Counted from the first letter of the stretch, positions 1-11,999 are shown. The stretch is DNA of 64,000 nt from Squalus acanthias (GCA_030390025.1 CM059432.1:147996001-148060000); one strand, 5' to 3'. Translations and numbers: made by a program. Notes: generated by a model from the letters alone, not told the origin.

Positions 1-1365
1 GTTGCAAGTCTTTCAAGCAAATTCTTCATTCAGTGGCACCTCATTGGAAGAACTTCTCTCACCATTGACAGAATGCTTCTGTCATCTCTACTTCACCTGC
101 CATCTATTCCATCAACATGGGTGCCCTTTATACTGTCTCACCTTGGTCCTCTGAATCTGACCACGATCAGCCCCAACACAAGCAGCTCCAGGCACACCAG
201 CAGCACCAACAACAACACCAACCTTCTCCACAATCACCTGATGCTGCACAGGACAGAAGGCATCAACACCCAAGCACATTGCTGCGTGGGAGGACAGGGA
301 TGACCTCACCGTGGCCAGATTTACTTCACTTGATGCTGTACACCCATATGGCTGCCACATGATGTGCCAGGTTGGCACCACGCCACACCAACACCATAAA
401 GGATCACTACAATGAACAAGCCATTCCTTTCACACTCATCACCATTGCGGGGGGTACCGTTATGTCTCGCCATTCACTGCAACTCACTAAGCCACGTCCA
501 AAGGCACACAAATCTGTCCAAGACCAGAAAGTGTTGAAAATAAAGATTTATATGTTTGACACCGCATTAACAGAAACTTTACAGGAACATTGGATAAAAC
601 ACCCAAGTGGCTACCCTTGTGTGTTGTTAGTTGGTATGATTACACTAGGATGAGGGTGAGTGTGAGGAGTGGCTAGTGAGATGGGGATGTGATAATGTAG
701 ATAGAGAGGGATGGGTGGAGGTGCAAGGTAAGTTGGTGTGAGTAAAGATGTGCAGGAGTAGGGTAGGGAAGGCAGAGTGATGGGGATATGATGAGAGGCA
801 CAGCAGGATGAGGTTGAGTGTGGCTTTGTACTAACGTTTCATGATCTACTGAGATCATTGAAACGTTTGCAGCACTGCATCCAGATCCTCTTGATCACAT
901 CCCTGCTTGTGACCTCCTCTGCAATCTGCAACCAGGCTGTCTTGGTCTCTTGGGGAGGTTTCTTCCACCCATGGGAAGGGAAGAAAACCTCCCTGAGTGC
1001 TCTGACTCCCTCCATAAGCATATGGAGGGAGTCATGGGTGAGCCTGGGTGCAGCCCTGTACCTCTGTGCAGTGATTGTCAGTGTTTGCAGCACCTCAATG
1101 CTGTAGAACACTGACAGCACTATGTTAGATTAAACTTCAAATCTAATGTGGCCACAGTCCCTTTAAAGATCCCGGCTGATGACGTGTCATGAATGAGGTC
1201 ACCAGACCCGCTCCATCTCATTGGGCCGGGTAACACACTGGGCGGGGCTTAATAGACCCATTAAGGCAAGTTCATTTTCAGCAGCGGGATGGAGACAGCA
1301 GCGGGGTCGCGACCCGCCATGGCCACCGCCCACCCAGACCCGCTGAGCTAGGCAAAGTTCCGGCC
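1..1365. mobile_element. Non-autonomous PIF/Harbinger derivative (left part outside window): transposase 5' remnant (+) and Myb/SANT exon remnant (-, 839-1120)
   Basis: ORF 839-1120(-) has WLQIAEEVT...CKRFNDL Myb/SANT-like motif. End reads GGCCGGAACTTTGCC on - strand (TIR-like). Inverted homolog of 24932-27131 (near-identical ORFs MGALYTVSPW.. and MLSVFYSIEV..). Confidence 0.8.
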
Positions 1366-1563
1366 ATACACTTTGAGAAAATACTACAATGGGGTTAAGA
1401 AAGAAGTACTGGATGAGGCACAAAACATTGGCATTGAAGGAGTAGCAATAGGGGATGGCCATCAGGCACAGTCCAGATGTCTGGTATGCTGAGTGGCTCT
1501 CCTGAGTTGTATGGTTGTACATTTTTAGTGGCCTGTTTTCCAACAGAAGATGTTAAAACAGAT

Positions 1564-2608
1564 ACAATAGCAAAATACTGCGGATGCTGGAAATCTGAAA
1601 TAACAACAGAAAATGCTGGAAACACTCAGCAGGTCAGGCAGCATCTGTGGAGAGAGAAACAGAGTCAACGTTTCGAGTTGGGGACCCTTCATTAGAACTA
1701 GAAAAATTTAGAGATGTAACAGATTTTTAAGCAGGTGCAGAGGCAGGGAAAGGGGGAGGAGGGGAGGAAAGAATAAAAGGGACGGTCTGTGCTAGGGTGG
1801 AAGGCAGGAGAGATTAAATGCTGCAAATGGGGATGGCAGAATCATCAACAGCTGCCGCCTGAAAAAATAGGGGTGGAGGTTATGGTCTGAAATTGTTGAA
1901 CTTAATGTTGAGTCCAGAAGGCTGTAAAGTGCCTATTAGAAAGATGAGGTGCTGTTCCTCGAGCTTATGTTGAACAGTGTAAGAGGCCGAGGACGGAGAG
2001 GTCAGAGTGGGAGTGGAGGGGAGAATTAAAGTGACAGGCGACCGGAAGCTCGGGGTCACCCTTACAGACTGAATGGAGGTGTTCCGCAAAGCGGTCACCC
2101 AATCTGCATTTGGTCTCCCCAATGTAGAGGAGACCACATTGTGAGCAGCGAATACAGTATACTAGATTGCAAGAAGTACAAGTAAATTGCTGTTTCACCT
2201 GGAAGGAGTGTTTGGGGCCCAGGACAGTGGGAAGGGAGGAGGTAAAAGGGCAGGTGTTGCATCTCCTGCGCTTGCACAGGAAGGTACCATGGGGAGGGAA
2301 GGGGCTGTTGGGGGTAATTGAGGAGTGGACCAGGGTGTCGCGGAGGGAGCAGTCCCTTCAGAATGCTGAAAGGGGTGGGGGGGGGGGGGAAGATGTGCTT
2401 GGTGGTGGGATCACGCTGGAGGTGGCGGAAATGGCAGAGGATGATCCGTTGAATGTGGAGGTTGGTGGGGTGAAAGGTTAGGACAAGGGGAACCCTATTG
2501 TGGTTCCGGGAGGGAGGGGAAGGGTGAGAACAGAAGTGCGGGAAATAGAACGGACACGGTCAAGGGCCGTGCCAACCTCGGTAGGGAGGAATCCTTGGTT
2601 GAGGATTT
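1564..2608 (-). mobile_element. Penelope-like element family A, 5'-truncated (GIY-YIG region + 3' pLTR region)
   Basis: Frameshifted CIRCSQCGLLYIGETKCRL...EH GIY-YIG coding. Flanked by ATGTTAAAACAGAT at 1550-1563 and 2609-2622 (TSD). Confidence 0.9.
1663..1699 (-). ncRNA. Degenerate minimal hammerhead ribozyme motif (core mutated to CUAAUGA)
   Basis: Reverse complement AGTT-CTAATGA-AGGGTCCCCAACTC-GAAACGTT-GACT; same position as intact copies. Confidence 0.55.
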
Positions 2609-2699
2609 ATGTTAAAACAGATGGCAACTGTAAGGACACCTTCCCTGAAAGATTGTATCTCTGCAGTTTCTGTGTTTATATACTGTGAAATATTGTAGA

Positions 2700-2844
2700 T
2701 TCACTGATTGTAACTTTACCTGAGGAAGGGGCGACAGCTCCGAAAGCTTGTAATTTTAAATAAATCTGTTGGACTATAACCTGGTGTTGTGCAACTTCTC
2801 ATTTTTGTCCACCCCAGTCCAACGCCGGCATCTCCGCATCATGG
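2700..2844 (+). mobile_element. Penelope-like element family B, short 3' fragment
   Basis: Closely similar to 28815-28948, which follows a GIY-YIG C-terminus. Left end approximate. Confidence 0.75.
2716..2753 (+). ncRNA. Minimal type-I hammerhead ribozyme (PLE family B)
   Basis: TTAC-CTGAGGA-A-GGGGC/GACA/GCTCC-GAAAGCTT-GTAA: core, stem II, palindromic stem III (AAGCTT), stem I TTAC/GTAA. Confidence 0.8.
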
Positions 2845-5800
2845 CCTTCATACAAAGCATTGAAAGGTTAAATTAGCCTAACAGATCTAGGTACTGCAGT
2901 CTGGTAGTGAGAATATTTCACAACCTGTGGCAACCTCAGTTATTCAGCCCATAGATACAGTAGGGGCATCTCTCATGAATGCGCCTTATGCCACTATGGA
3001 GATTTTAAGGTCCAAATTCTAAGATCCAGTCATGGCTCATCTTACAATTTGGGCTTTCTCCTAACACTCATAACTCATACTTGCAGCAATAAAGCAGTTT
3101 ACATAAGCAGACTCTCGTCTCATGATGTAAAAGTTGCAACCTTACATATGATGTGAATCAGTTAGTGTGCTCTGTGGAGAAAGTAGATGAGGCATTGTAA
3201 TTCCATTTTCCATGGTATTGTTTACTGGACAGTACATGTGCTGGCCACCATGGTCTGCTGCTCACTCTGAAAGGCACTAAATATTGGACCATCAGACCAT
3301 ACCATTCAGACTCAAATTCAGAGTTCCATTTATTTGCAGGTGAGAAGCAGAAAGCACACAATAAGTAACTAATAGGACAATACTTGGCTTGCACATAACT
3401 TAAATTATTTCAAAAACAACAGAACATCCAAAATGTTTTAAATTAATTCCAGAATCTTTGAATGGAGCCTCTCCCGTTATGTGCCAAAATTCCATAAAGT
3501 TTATTTTCATCAATTCAATGTGGAAACAGACAGTCATAGTAGAGAACTGGGGATGCACAGAAAGCTCATACCTCTTGTACATGCCTTCTGGGCCTCCAAA
3601 GAGCAAATTTTCCTCTAAAGATTAAAGGGCCTATTTCTTAACAGTTAGGTAATCAAATTATTAATGAGTTATATCACTCAAGTAGATAATGTGTGAACAG
3701 CAGTCTTTGTTGTTTTTTTTGCTGCTGAAATCTAATTTCTCTGCTCATACCACAACAGAAATCACTCTAAATATCTGACCTGTGTCTGCATGTTCGCATT
3801 TAAAACACATGATAGACTAACCAAGGAAACTTGATCTCAGCAGTTTCTGATCTGGCCACCTTCCCTCAAAACAGATATCCTGCGGCAGTTTTGTCTATTG
3901 TCTTCTCTCTGCACAAAGACACATGAACTCTTTTTAAGTATCCAACTACCCCAAACCAGTCTTTAAATCACTTTAGTCTGTCTAAAAAAAAAATATGCAA
4001 TGCAGAAATGTTCCTGTTTGAAGTATGATGGAGATCTGATTCAGTCATTTTCAGGTTTCTTGGATAAAGGTTACAGCCAACCATGCTGAAGAGATTGAGA
4101 ACGTTCATAGATGCCCAGTGTTCTATGCTCACCGCGATCAGTAGGCACCAAGTGGAGCAGTTCTGTGGCAGTGGCATGTGTGGTGCCGGTTGGTACTTAG
4201 ATCAGCAGCAGGTCTGTCACATAGTCCTGCACAAAGGACAGTAGGTACTGCCTCTGACAGGAATAAGCCTATAGTGAATACAGGAAAGCACATCCTGCAC
4301 TGATGTAAGAGCATCAGGATTTGCAAGTACAGATCTTCAGCAGTTCATCAGTTGGCTATGCAGTTAACTACCAGTGTGATTCCACATGTAGTAGTTCGTA
4401 TCAACAGCTAATATACAAACATACGAACAATGAGGGACAGGAAAAGACCCTCTGGAGCATCCAGCCTGTCCCAGAAAATGATGCATCACAATATATACAC
4501 TCCCCACCCTACCCAAAAACAGGTGATCTCCTGGGAGAGGCAAAAAAAACCAGGTAAAAACCCGGCCAAGTTGGGGAAAAAATATTCTGGGAAATTCCTC
4601 TCTGATCCCCTTAGGTGATCAAAACTATTCCAGGAGATCACTCTGGCCCTGATGAGTCTATGCAGTACCTACCTTTTGTACGAGGTGATCTCCGCCCCAG
4701 CCAGAAAGAGGTCCAGCTCTCGCTTGAAGGAATTCAGCGAATCAGCATCTACCACACGAGCCGGTAGCCTGTTCCAGAGGTCCACTGTTCTCTGGGAAAG
4801 GAACCACCTCCTGACATCTAACCTCGATCTGACCTTATATAACTTGAAATTGTCACCCCTGGTCGCCCCAAACCTTTTTAATTGGAAAAAGCTGTCAACT
4901 CAAACACAATCTATTCCCTTCATCATCTTATAAACCTTGATAAAATCACTCCTAAGTCTACACTTCTCTAAAGTGTAGAGTCCCAGCTCTTTTAGCCTGT
5001 CTTGATAATTAATCTGCTTTAAACTGGGAATTAGTCGAGTGGCTCTCCTCTGCACCCTCTCCAAAGCCTCAATATCACCCACCATGTGAGGAGATCAAAA
5101 CTGGACATGGTATTCCAAGTTCGGCCTCACTAAGGTCTTGTACAAGGACAAAATAGTATGCCTCGTCTTATAGTCAATTGTCCTATAAATGCACCCGAAC
5201 ACCTTATTCGCTCTAGCTATCGCCTCACAGCATTGCTCGTGGACCTTTAGAGATCTATGCACTAGAACGTCCAGATCTCTTTCTTCCTCCACCTGCTTTA
5301 ATGCTTTTCCCTGAAGGGTGTATGAATGTTCAGCATTAACTCTGCCCACATTCATAACACTGTACTTTTCCAAATTAAACATCATTTGCTAGTCACAAGC
5401 CCAATCACCCAACACATCAAGATCTGCCTGAAGCAGTCGAGCATCATCTACAGTCCTGATACTTGCACAAATCTTAGTATCATCTGCAAACTTGCAGATC
5501 ATGCCTCCAACACCTACATCTAGAACATTAATAAAAATAGTAAAGAGCAACGGTCCCAACACCTATCCCTGCGGGACACCACTGGTGACCAGTCTCCAAA
5601 CAGATCCAAATCCATCTATAACTATGTTTTGCCTACGGCTTTCCAGCCAGTTCTCAATTCAGCTCAATATATTACCAATAATACTAGAGGCTTGGATCTT
5701 GCAAAGAAGCCTTTTATGCAATACCCTGTCAAAAGCTTTTTGGAAATCTAAGTAGACAATTTTAATTGGGTTTCCCCATCCTGGGTCTTGGTGACTTCTT

Positions 5801-5964
5801 CAAAAGATAGTCAAATTTGTAAGACACAATGTTCTTTTTTTGAAGCCATGTTGGGTGTCCCTAATACGATAGCAAAATACTGCGGATGCTGGAAATCTGA
5901 AACAACAACAGAAAACGCTGGAAAAACTCAGCAGGCCAGGCAGCATCCGTGGAGAGAGAAAGAG

Positions 5965-6001
5965 AGTTAACGTTTCAGGTCGATGACCTTTCGTCAGAAC
6001 T
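5965..6001 (-). ncRNA. Minimal type-I hammerhead ribozyme (PLE family A)
   Basis: Reverse complement AGTT-CTGACGA-A-AGGTC/ATC/GACCT-GAAACGTT-AACT: intact core, 5-bp stem II, palindromic AACGTT stem III, stem I AGTT/AACT. Confidence 0.85.
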
Positions 6002-6277
6002 GTGAAGAGCCGGAAATCAAATAGATTTAAGGCCAGAGTAAAGCTGGGAAAAGGGGGAGGGGATAAAAGAACAAAGGGGGAGATGAAGAGACATTAAGAG
6101 ACATTAAGAGATATGCAAGGCTAGAGGTGGTGTTAATGTGACAGATTAAGGCTGAAAGAAGTGTGAAATCCACTGGCAGAATGAAGGACAGCTGCCAGCT
6201 TCTAGGAGGAAAAAAAAGGTGGGGGGGGCAAATAAAAGGGTGGAAAAAATAAAATATAAATGTGATTGGAGCTGAGG

Positions 6278-7462
6278 TTATGATCTAAAATTGTTGAACT
6301 CGATATTGAGTCCAGAGGGCTGTAGCGTGCCTAAACGAAAGATGAGGTGCTGTTCCTCGAGCTTACGCTGCGCTTCCGTGGAACAGTGTAATAGGCCGAG
6401 GACGGTGAGGTCAGAGTGGGAGTGAAGCGGTGAATTAAAGTGACAGGCCACCGGGAGCTCGGGGTCCCCCTTACGGACTGAATGGAGGTGTTCCGCAAAG
6501 CGGTCACCCAATCTGCGTTTGCTCTCCCCAATGTAGAGGAAACCACATCGTGAGCAGCGAATACAGTATACTAAATTGCAGGAAGTACAAGTAAATCGCT
6601 GTTTCACCTGGAAGGGGTGTTTGGGGCCCTGGACAGTGGGAAGAGGGGAGGTGTAAGGGCATGTGTTGCATCTCCTGCGCGTGCACGGGAAGGTGCCGGG
6701 CGAAGGGGAAGGGGTGCTGGGGGTGGTAGAGGAGTGGACTAGGGTGTCGCGGAGGGAGCGGTCCCTGCGGAATGCTGAAAGGGGAGGTGAGGGGAAGATG
6801 TGTTTGGTGGTGGGATCACGCTGGAGGTGGCGGAAATGGCGGAGGATGATCCGTTGAATGTGGAGGCTGGTGGGGTGAAAGGTGAGGACAAGGGGAACCC
6901 TATCGTGGTTCCGGGAGGGAGGGGCAGGGGTGAGGGCAGAAGTGCGGGAGATAGAACGGACACGGTCGAGGGCCGTGTCAACCACGGTAGAGGGGAATCC
7001 TCGGTTGAGGAAAAAGGAAGACATGTCGGAAGCACTGGTATGGAAGGTGGCATCATCAGAGCAGATGCGGCGGAGACGGAGAAACTGGGAGAATGGAATA
7101 GAGTCCTTACAGGAGGCGGGGTGGGAGGAAGTGTAGTCCAGGTAGCTGTGGGAGTCAGTGGGCTTGTAGTGAATGTTAGTCAATAACCTATCCCCAGAGA
7201 TGGAGATGGAGAAGTCGAGGAAGGGAAGGGAAGAGTCGGAGATGGACCATGTGAAGGTGAGGGAAGGGTGGAAATTGGAAGCATAGTGAATGAAATGTTC
7301 TAGTTCAGGGCGAGAGCAGGAGACGGCACCGATACAGTCATCAATGTACCGGAAAAAGAGGTGAGGGAGGGGACCCGAGTAGGACTGGAACAAAGAGTGT
7401 TCCACATATCCCACGAAAAGGCAGGCATAGCTAGGACCTATGCGGGTACCCATAGCAACACC
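6278..7462 (-). pseudogene. Uninterrupted 5'-truncated PLE ORF: RT C-terminal half + Cys-rich linker + GIY-YIG endonuclease
   Basis: GVAMGTR (RT motif B), FRYIDD (motif C), FLDFSI, YKPTDSHSYL thumb, CTRRRCNTC linker, VYCIRCSRCGFLYIGE..R..EH..E..GLN. Confidence 0.93.
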
Positions 7463-8599
7463 TTCCCGTGCACGCACAGGAGATGCAACACATGCCCTTA
7501 CACCTCCCCTCTTCCCACTGTCCAGGGCCCCAAACACCCCTTCCAGGTGAAACAGCGATTTACTTGTACTTCCTGCAATTTAGTATACTGTATTCGCTGC
7601 TCACGATGTGGTCTCCTCTACATTGGGGAGACCAAACGCAGATTGGGTGACCGCTTTGCGGAACACCTCCGTTCAGTCTGTAAGGGGGACCCCGAGCTCC
7701 CGGTGGCCTGTCACTTTAATTCACCGCTTCACTCCCACTCTGACCTCACCGTCCTCGGCCTATTACACTGTTCCACGGAAGCGCAGCGTAAGCTCGAGGA
7801 ACAGCACCTCATCTTTCGTTTAGGCACGCTACAGCCCTCTGGACTCAATATCGAGTTCAACAATTTTAGATCATAACCTCAGCTCCAATCTAATATGTCC
7901 CTCTCCATCTAAGTAGTCATATATTGCATCCCTAATGATTCCCTTAGGCATCTTTCCTATTACTGATGTCAAATTAATGGGCCTATAGTTACTCGGGTCT
8001 GTCGTTCTCCTTTTTTAAAGATGGGGGCTGCATTAGCCTCCTTCCAGTCTAAGGGAACCATTCCAGAGTGCAGTGAGCGATTAAAAATACAGGCCAGGGG
8101 CTTGCACCGCACGTGTCCCATCTCCCTGAGGGCTCTCAGGTGTATATATGTGTAAGTTCACATCACACAAGGTGTAAATGCACTAACAAGACACATTAAA
8201 CACACTGATCACATGCGCTGAGACACTTAATAGATTAATTCACTTTTCAAAAAATGTCGCACTTTCATTATGTAGAAAATAGTCAGTTGTCCAAGAATAA
8301 ACTTAAGAGAATACATGCAGTTCTCTGTAACAAATACATAGGCAAAATAAATAGTAGTTCTGTGATTCTAAATATATCCAATGGAAAGTAATAGTGGCCA
8401 CTTGCTGAGCTCGCTGGAAGAACTGGACAATGAGACTCTGTCCCTGCCTACAATTGCTGTGCTCCACCCTCCTCACATGGAGAGAAAATGCCGGCACAGA
8501 CTAGCTGGACCGTATGCCCTGTTTCTGTGTTGAAACTTCTATGCATTTCTGTGTATTCCTGATTTTCCATGGCTTTCAGCTGCTTTATCAGTTTCCTAG

Positions 8600-8750
8600 C
8601 TGATAAAGGAATTAAGGGTTATGGGGAGCGGGCAGGGAAGTGGACGTGAGTCTAGGTTCAGATCAGCCACGATCCTATTGAATGGCGGAGCAGGCCCGAG
8701 GGGTCGTATGGCCTACTCCTGCTCCTACTTCTTATGTTCTTATGTTCTTA
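8600..8750 (+). mobile_element. CR1 LINE 3' end fragment
   Basis: GATCAGCCAC..GAATGGCGGAGCAGG..GGCCTACTCCTGCTCCTA + (TTCTTATG)n tail. Confidence 0.75.
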
Positions 8751-9710
8751 TATTCATTGAAGCCCACGGTGAGCCTTCTGATCATAAAAATATTGTGCAG
8801 GAGGCAGTGTGCTTTGTGTTCCTTCTCTGGCCCATATTGCAAGGCCCTCCCTCAACTGGTTCAAGCATCTATAGCATGGGGTATCCAAGAGTTGGCCTGT
8901 GGGCCAAATCCAGTCCATGGACTCCTTTTGCCTATCCCGCTCCTTTCTTTATCATGCACTTGTGTGCAATTCTAACATTCAGTCTCAGCTCTTTAAACTT
9001 GCCAGACCTGGAGGATTAGAAAAGACTGCTCCCCGATCAATGGATTTAGCTCTATAAAAGATATGTTTTTTTTTTTGCTTCAATCAGAATCTTCGTTTAC
9101 TAGTCCTCCATGCCCAGGAAGGTTGAAGAGCTGAACATTTGGATGGCAGCAGACATGGAGGTGACAGCAAAAGGATTCACAACAAGGAGCATGCAACAGT
9201 GGAGGATAGTGCATGGCATGGGCCAGAGTAAGCCAGATGGAAGAAGAGGACAACAGACAGTGGAGGAGAATAGACCAGGGCAGGAAGTGAAGAGCAAAAA
9301 GGTAACTAATGTCAAAGCAACCATGTAATTTTTACAGCAAAACGTTGTATTTTTGTACATGGCATGCTTGAGTTTTTTGTGTATGGCGGCTCGGATTTTT
9401 TTTAGTGTAGGGGGCTCGGATGTTTCGTGTGTGAGTTCTAACAGTTTTGTGTACATTGCCCACTCACTGGCTGTTGCATATATATCCAGCCCTCTGCTGC
9501 CCTCCTGATCTAAAGGATTGATTTATCAACCTAGTTAGGAACATAGGACCAAGAGTAGGCCATTAGGCCCATTGTTGGCTCCAATATTTCTTCTAGTCTT
9601 GGAAGATCTAGCTTTTTAATCCCCATCTCCTGCCTCTTGTGCATATCTCTGTTACATTTTGGGGGCTTTTCTAACCTTCTTTTCTGGATTTTTTGGTTCC
9701 TCTCTCTTAG

Positions 9711-9721
9711 GTCACCCATCG
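9711..9721 (+). CDS. Candidate 11-nt microexon of an unidentified host gene
   Basis: Branch-like TTCTAAC (9669-9675), pyrimidine tract, TAG acceptor, GTCACCCATCG, then consensus GTAAGT donor. Confidence 0.4.
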
Positions 9722-10265
9722 GTAAGTTCCAACTCTATGCCTTCCAGAGCATTCTCATTAGCCTTATTATCTAGGTAAACATTTAGTAACACACCAGGGA
9801 TAGTGAACAGCAAACCCTGTCTGCTAATTATATTTAAGCTACTAAATTATGCCTGTGCCTTCACAGTATCTCGCTTTAATCCTCGATAATTGAAGGAGCA
9901 TCATATCAGACTCGGTTCTAATTTGAAACTCTAAAGCAAATATATTAAATAAACACTGAACAAACAAATGTGTAACAAAATAGTAAGTTTTCTCAACGGG
10001 AAAACAACAAAAATCGGTAATCTATCCATTAAACACGTTCCTCTGAAAATAACTTTTATACATCCAGCTTCCTCCTTCTTGTCTCCTTCGTGAGCTAGTG
10101 CAGTTACCTAAACTTATCCGTCTTTCTGTGAAGATTTCAATCCATTGGCTCAGTACCACTCAAGTGTTCTTAGTCCACTCCTTTTGTGTACCCCTCATAT
10201 AGGTGCTGAGGTTTATTCGAAATTCCAGTGTTACAAAATAAGGCTTTCATATGCATAATTGAACC

Positions 10266-10803
10266 AACAACAACAACTTGTATTTATATATTGCCCTTAA
10301 CATAATAAAATGTTCCAAACTGAGCCACATATGGAAATAATTGGACAGGTGGCCAAAGGCTTGGTCGAAGAGGTAGGTTTTAAGGAGCGTCTTAAAGAAG
10401 CAGAGAGAGGTAGACACGCAGAGAGGTTTAGGGAGGGAATTCCAGAGCTTATGGCCCAGGCAGCCGAAGGCACAGCCGCCGATGGTGTAGCGATTAAAAT
10501 CGGGGAAGCGCAAGAGGCCGGAATTGGAGGAGCGCGGAGCTCTCGGAGGGTTGTAGGGCTGGAGGAGGTTACAGAGATAAGGAGGGGCGAGGGACATGGA
10601 GGGATTTGAAAAACCAGGATGTGAATTTTAAAATCGAGGCGTTGCTGGACTGGGAGCCAATGTAGGTCAGCAAGCACAGGGTTGATGGGACTTGGTGCGA
10701 GTTAGGACACGGGCAGCAGAGTTATGGAAGAGCTCAGGTTTATGGCGTGTGCATGGTGGGAGGCCAGCCAGGAGAGCATTGGAATAGTCAAGTCTGGAGG
10801 TAA
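10266..10803 (-). mobile_element. L2-clade LINE 3' fragment
   Basis: LADLHWLPVQQRLDFKI; APPYLCNLL..AF...LWNSLP..FKTLLKTYLF; GCAATATATAAATACAAG(TTG)n tail. Confidence 0.85.
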
Positions 10804-10899
10804 TCACAAAGTCTGTATCTATTTGAAATTGTGTGCTAGATTCCTTCTCATATGTTACCAGGGAGACAGTAATGGTAAACTTGCAACATTGAAAACAAT

Positions 10900-11654
10900 G
10901 GCCCGTATTTTCCGATCAGAGGCTTCCCGCGTGCGGAGGCCTCCGATCTGAAAAAAATCTACGCACTTACCTGAGGGCTCCCGAGGTGCGTATAGTTCCG
11001 ATCCTGGGCCTCTCCAACTCCAAGTGCGCAGGGCCCACGTACCCCAGAGGCGCAGGCGGTTCGCAGGCGTCCCTGGGATCACGTGGGCCATGGGGAGCCA
11101 ATCAAAGAAGGGAATCTCCCTTCATACACTTGACAGATAGACCTGTCAAATATATGAATGGAGATCAATGAAAAAACATAGTAAAACTTTAAATAAATTT
11201 TTAAAAAACATCACCTTTTTAAAATGAGTTGAAATTACAATAAATTAAATATTTTAAACAAAACTTAAATTTTTTGAAAAAAATAATTCAAGTTTTTTAC
11301 GGAGCTAAAAATAAATTTACCTTTTTAAAGTATTTTTAAATGATAAATGACTGAAATTTTTTAAAACTTTTTTTCAACTCTTATGCTGGTAAAAGCGGGC
11401 CTTACGCAGGCTTTTACCAGGCGTAAGATTTCTAAGGGTTTTCAAGCGGGCGGAGGTTCTGCAGAAAGCGGAACTCTCCCCCCCCAGAGGCCCTTCTCCA
11501 GGGCAGGCGGAGGATCTGTGAAGAGCTTTCTCGACAGATCGGAAATGCCGGTTTTCAGCGCATGTGCTTGGCATGCCTGAAACCGGCATTTCCGATGTCC
11601 CTACGGGTGTGTACACAGCGCGTGCCCACCCGTAGGGATCGGAAAATACGGCCC
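10900..11654. mobile_element. MITE with 18-bp TIRs (Harbinger-like ends)
   Basis: GGCCCGTATTTTCCGATC ... GATCGGAAAATACGGCCC; GC-rich ends, AT-rich centre. Inverted relative of 21561-22315. No clean 3-bp TSD. Confidence 0.85.
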
Positions 11655-11999
11655 ATCATCTTGCATACAGTGCATGTGTCTTTTAAACTCTTACGTATTG
11701 TGCGTGATGGAAAGAGATCAAACCAGACCAAGCAAGGATTCATAGTTGTCACACTCATAGTACGTTTACTTCCCAAGTAATTATCTGCTTTTTTAAACAC
11801 CTCAATTGATTTGGCATCTATGGCCTTCTAGGGCAGTTCTTTCCTCACTGTAACAACTGTTTGTGTGAAAATGTTTTTGGCTTTAACTGGCTTTGTTCAA
11901 ATTTCAAGATTATATCCTTTTGTTCTGGACATTTCTGGAAGAATTTATTGGTTTATGCACAGTTTTGTATTTTCAATCTGTGCTCTAGAATATGGGTGG

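Larger units (their letters stand above)
5867..7889 (-). mobile_element. Young Penelope-like element family A (Neptune-like): 5'-truncated RT-EN copy plus inverted ~430 bp duplicate at its 5' end
   Basis: Arms ~6263-6695 and ~7459-7890 are reverse complements with about 5 substitutions. CTAATA at 5861-5866 and 7890-7895 (TSD). Confidence 0.93.
4413..8145 (-). mobile_element. CR1-clade LINE 3' portion, interrupted by a PLE at 5867-7889
   Basis: Decayed RT C-terminus (LYKTLVRPNLEYHVQF; LERVQRRATRLIP). CR1 sequence resumes at 7896. Confidence 0.85.

Noticed and set aside
3296..3339. Plus-strand exon ending at CAG|GTGAGA
   Set aside because: Good donor but poor acceptor and unrecognised peptide.
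3572..3614. Minus-strand 43-nt exon (ENLLFGGPEGMYK)
   Set aside because: AG/GT present but weak pyrimidine tract, no recognised protein and no supporting neighbouring exons.
7361..7876. Stand-alone 171-aa GIY-YIG nuclease gene
   Set aside because: Its N-terminus is antisense RT sequence read across the inversion junction; it is the duplicated arm of the PLE.
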